64,000 bases of DNA from Phoronis australis (Eukaryota; Animalia; Phoronida), in assembly GCA_002633005.1 (NCBI GenBank), contig NMRA01000952.1, positions 1-64,000 on the forward strand, read 5' to 3'. Numbering within the stretch: position 1 is the first letter of the stretch; every line of letters starts with the position of its first letter. The notes below the pieces were generated by a model, which worked only from the letters and a program-made list of their open reading frames with translations, was not told the origin of the DNA and did not search any database. The position numbers were made by a program, and so were the translations under genes. Shown here in pieces: positions 63,897 through 64,000 of the stretch.

Positions 63897-64000
63897 CTGA
63901 AGGCACTGAATTCAATGTATATATTGGACGTAGTTGCATTTGTTTCCGGCACTTTCGCATTTGCATGAGGTACATCGGTGCTTACACATCTGCGAAAAAA

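Overview
Intron-rich, AT-rich animal genomic DNA, most likely a marine invertebrate (inferred from the gene families and transposon types). It is a draft assembly with one N gap at 53617-53998 and several single Ns. I found no prokaryotic genes, rRNA, tRNA or CRISPR arrays. Three spliced minus-strand genes can be built by hand with GT-AG boundaries and consistent exon phases. (1) An ADAM/reprolysin (M12B) metalloprotease-disintegrin with exons from 24647 down to 2038 and an intact [12 protein letters not shown] zinc site; both ends are incomplete. (2) A near-complete SLC23/NAT nucleobase-ascorbate transporter, 13 exons, 43817-30336, about 658 aa, with atypical substrate-site motifs. (3) The 3' part of a ZP-domain-like membrane protein, 63896-56043. 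Introns and intergenic DNA hold many transposon relics: two copies of a Kolobok-like element with a decayed P2X7-ballast/KolX-type Cys domain, a Polinton/Maverick pPolB fragment with an internal inversion and an AGTAGT terminus, a THAP relic, a LINE 3' end, a 9-bp-TSD MULE-like MITE family, foldbacks and satellites. An intronless orphan ORF broken by two stops lies next to the Polinton relic. Nothing here is demonstrably a new biological system. The best leads are the SLC23 variant, the Polinton relic with its orphan ORF, and the ballast-domain elements.
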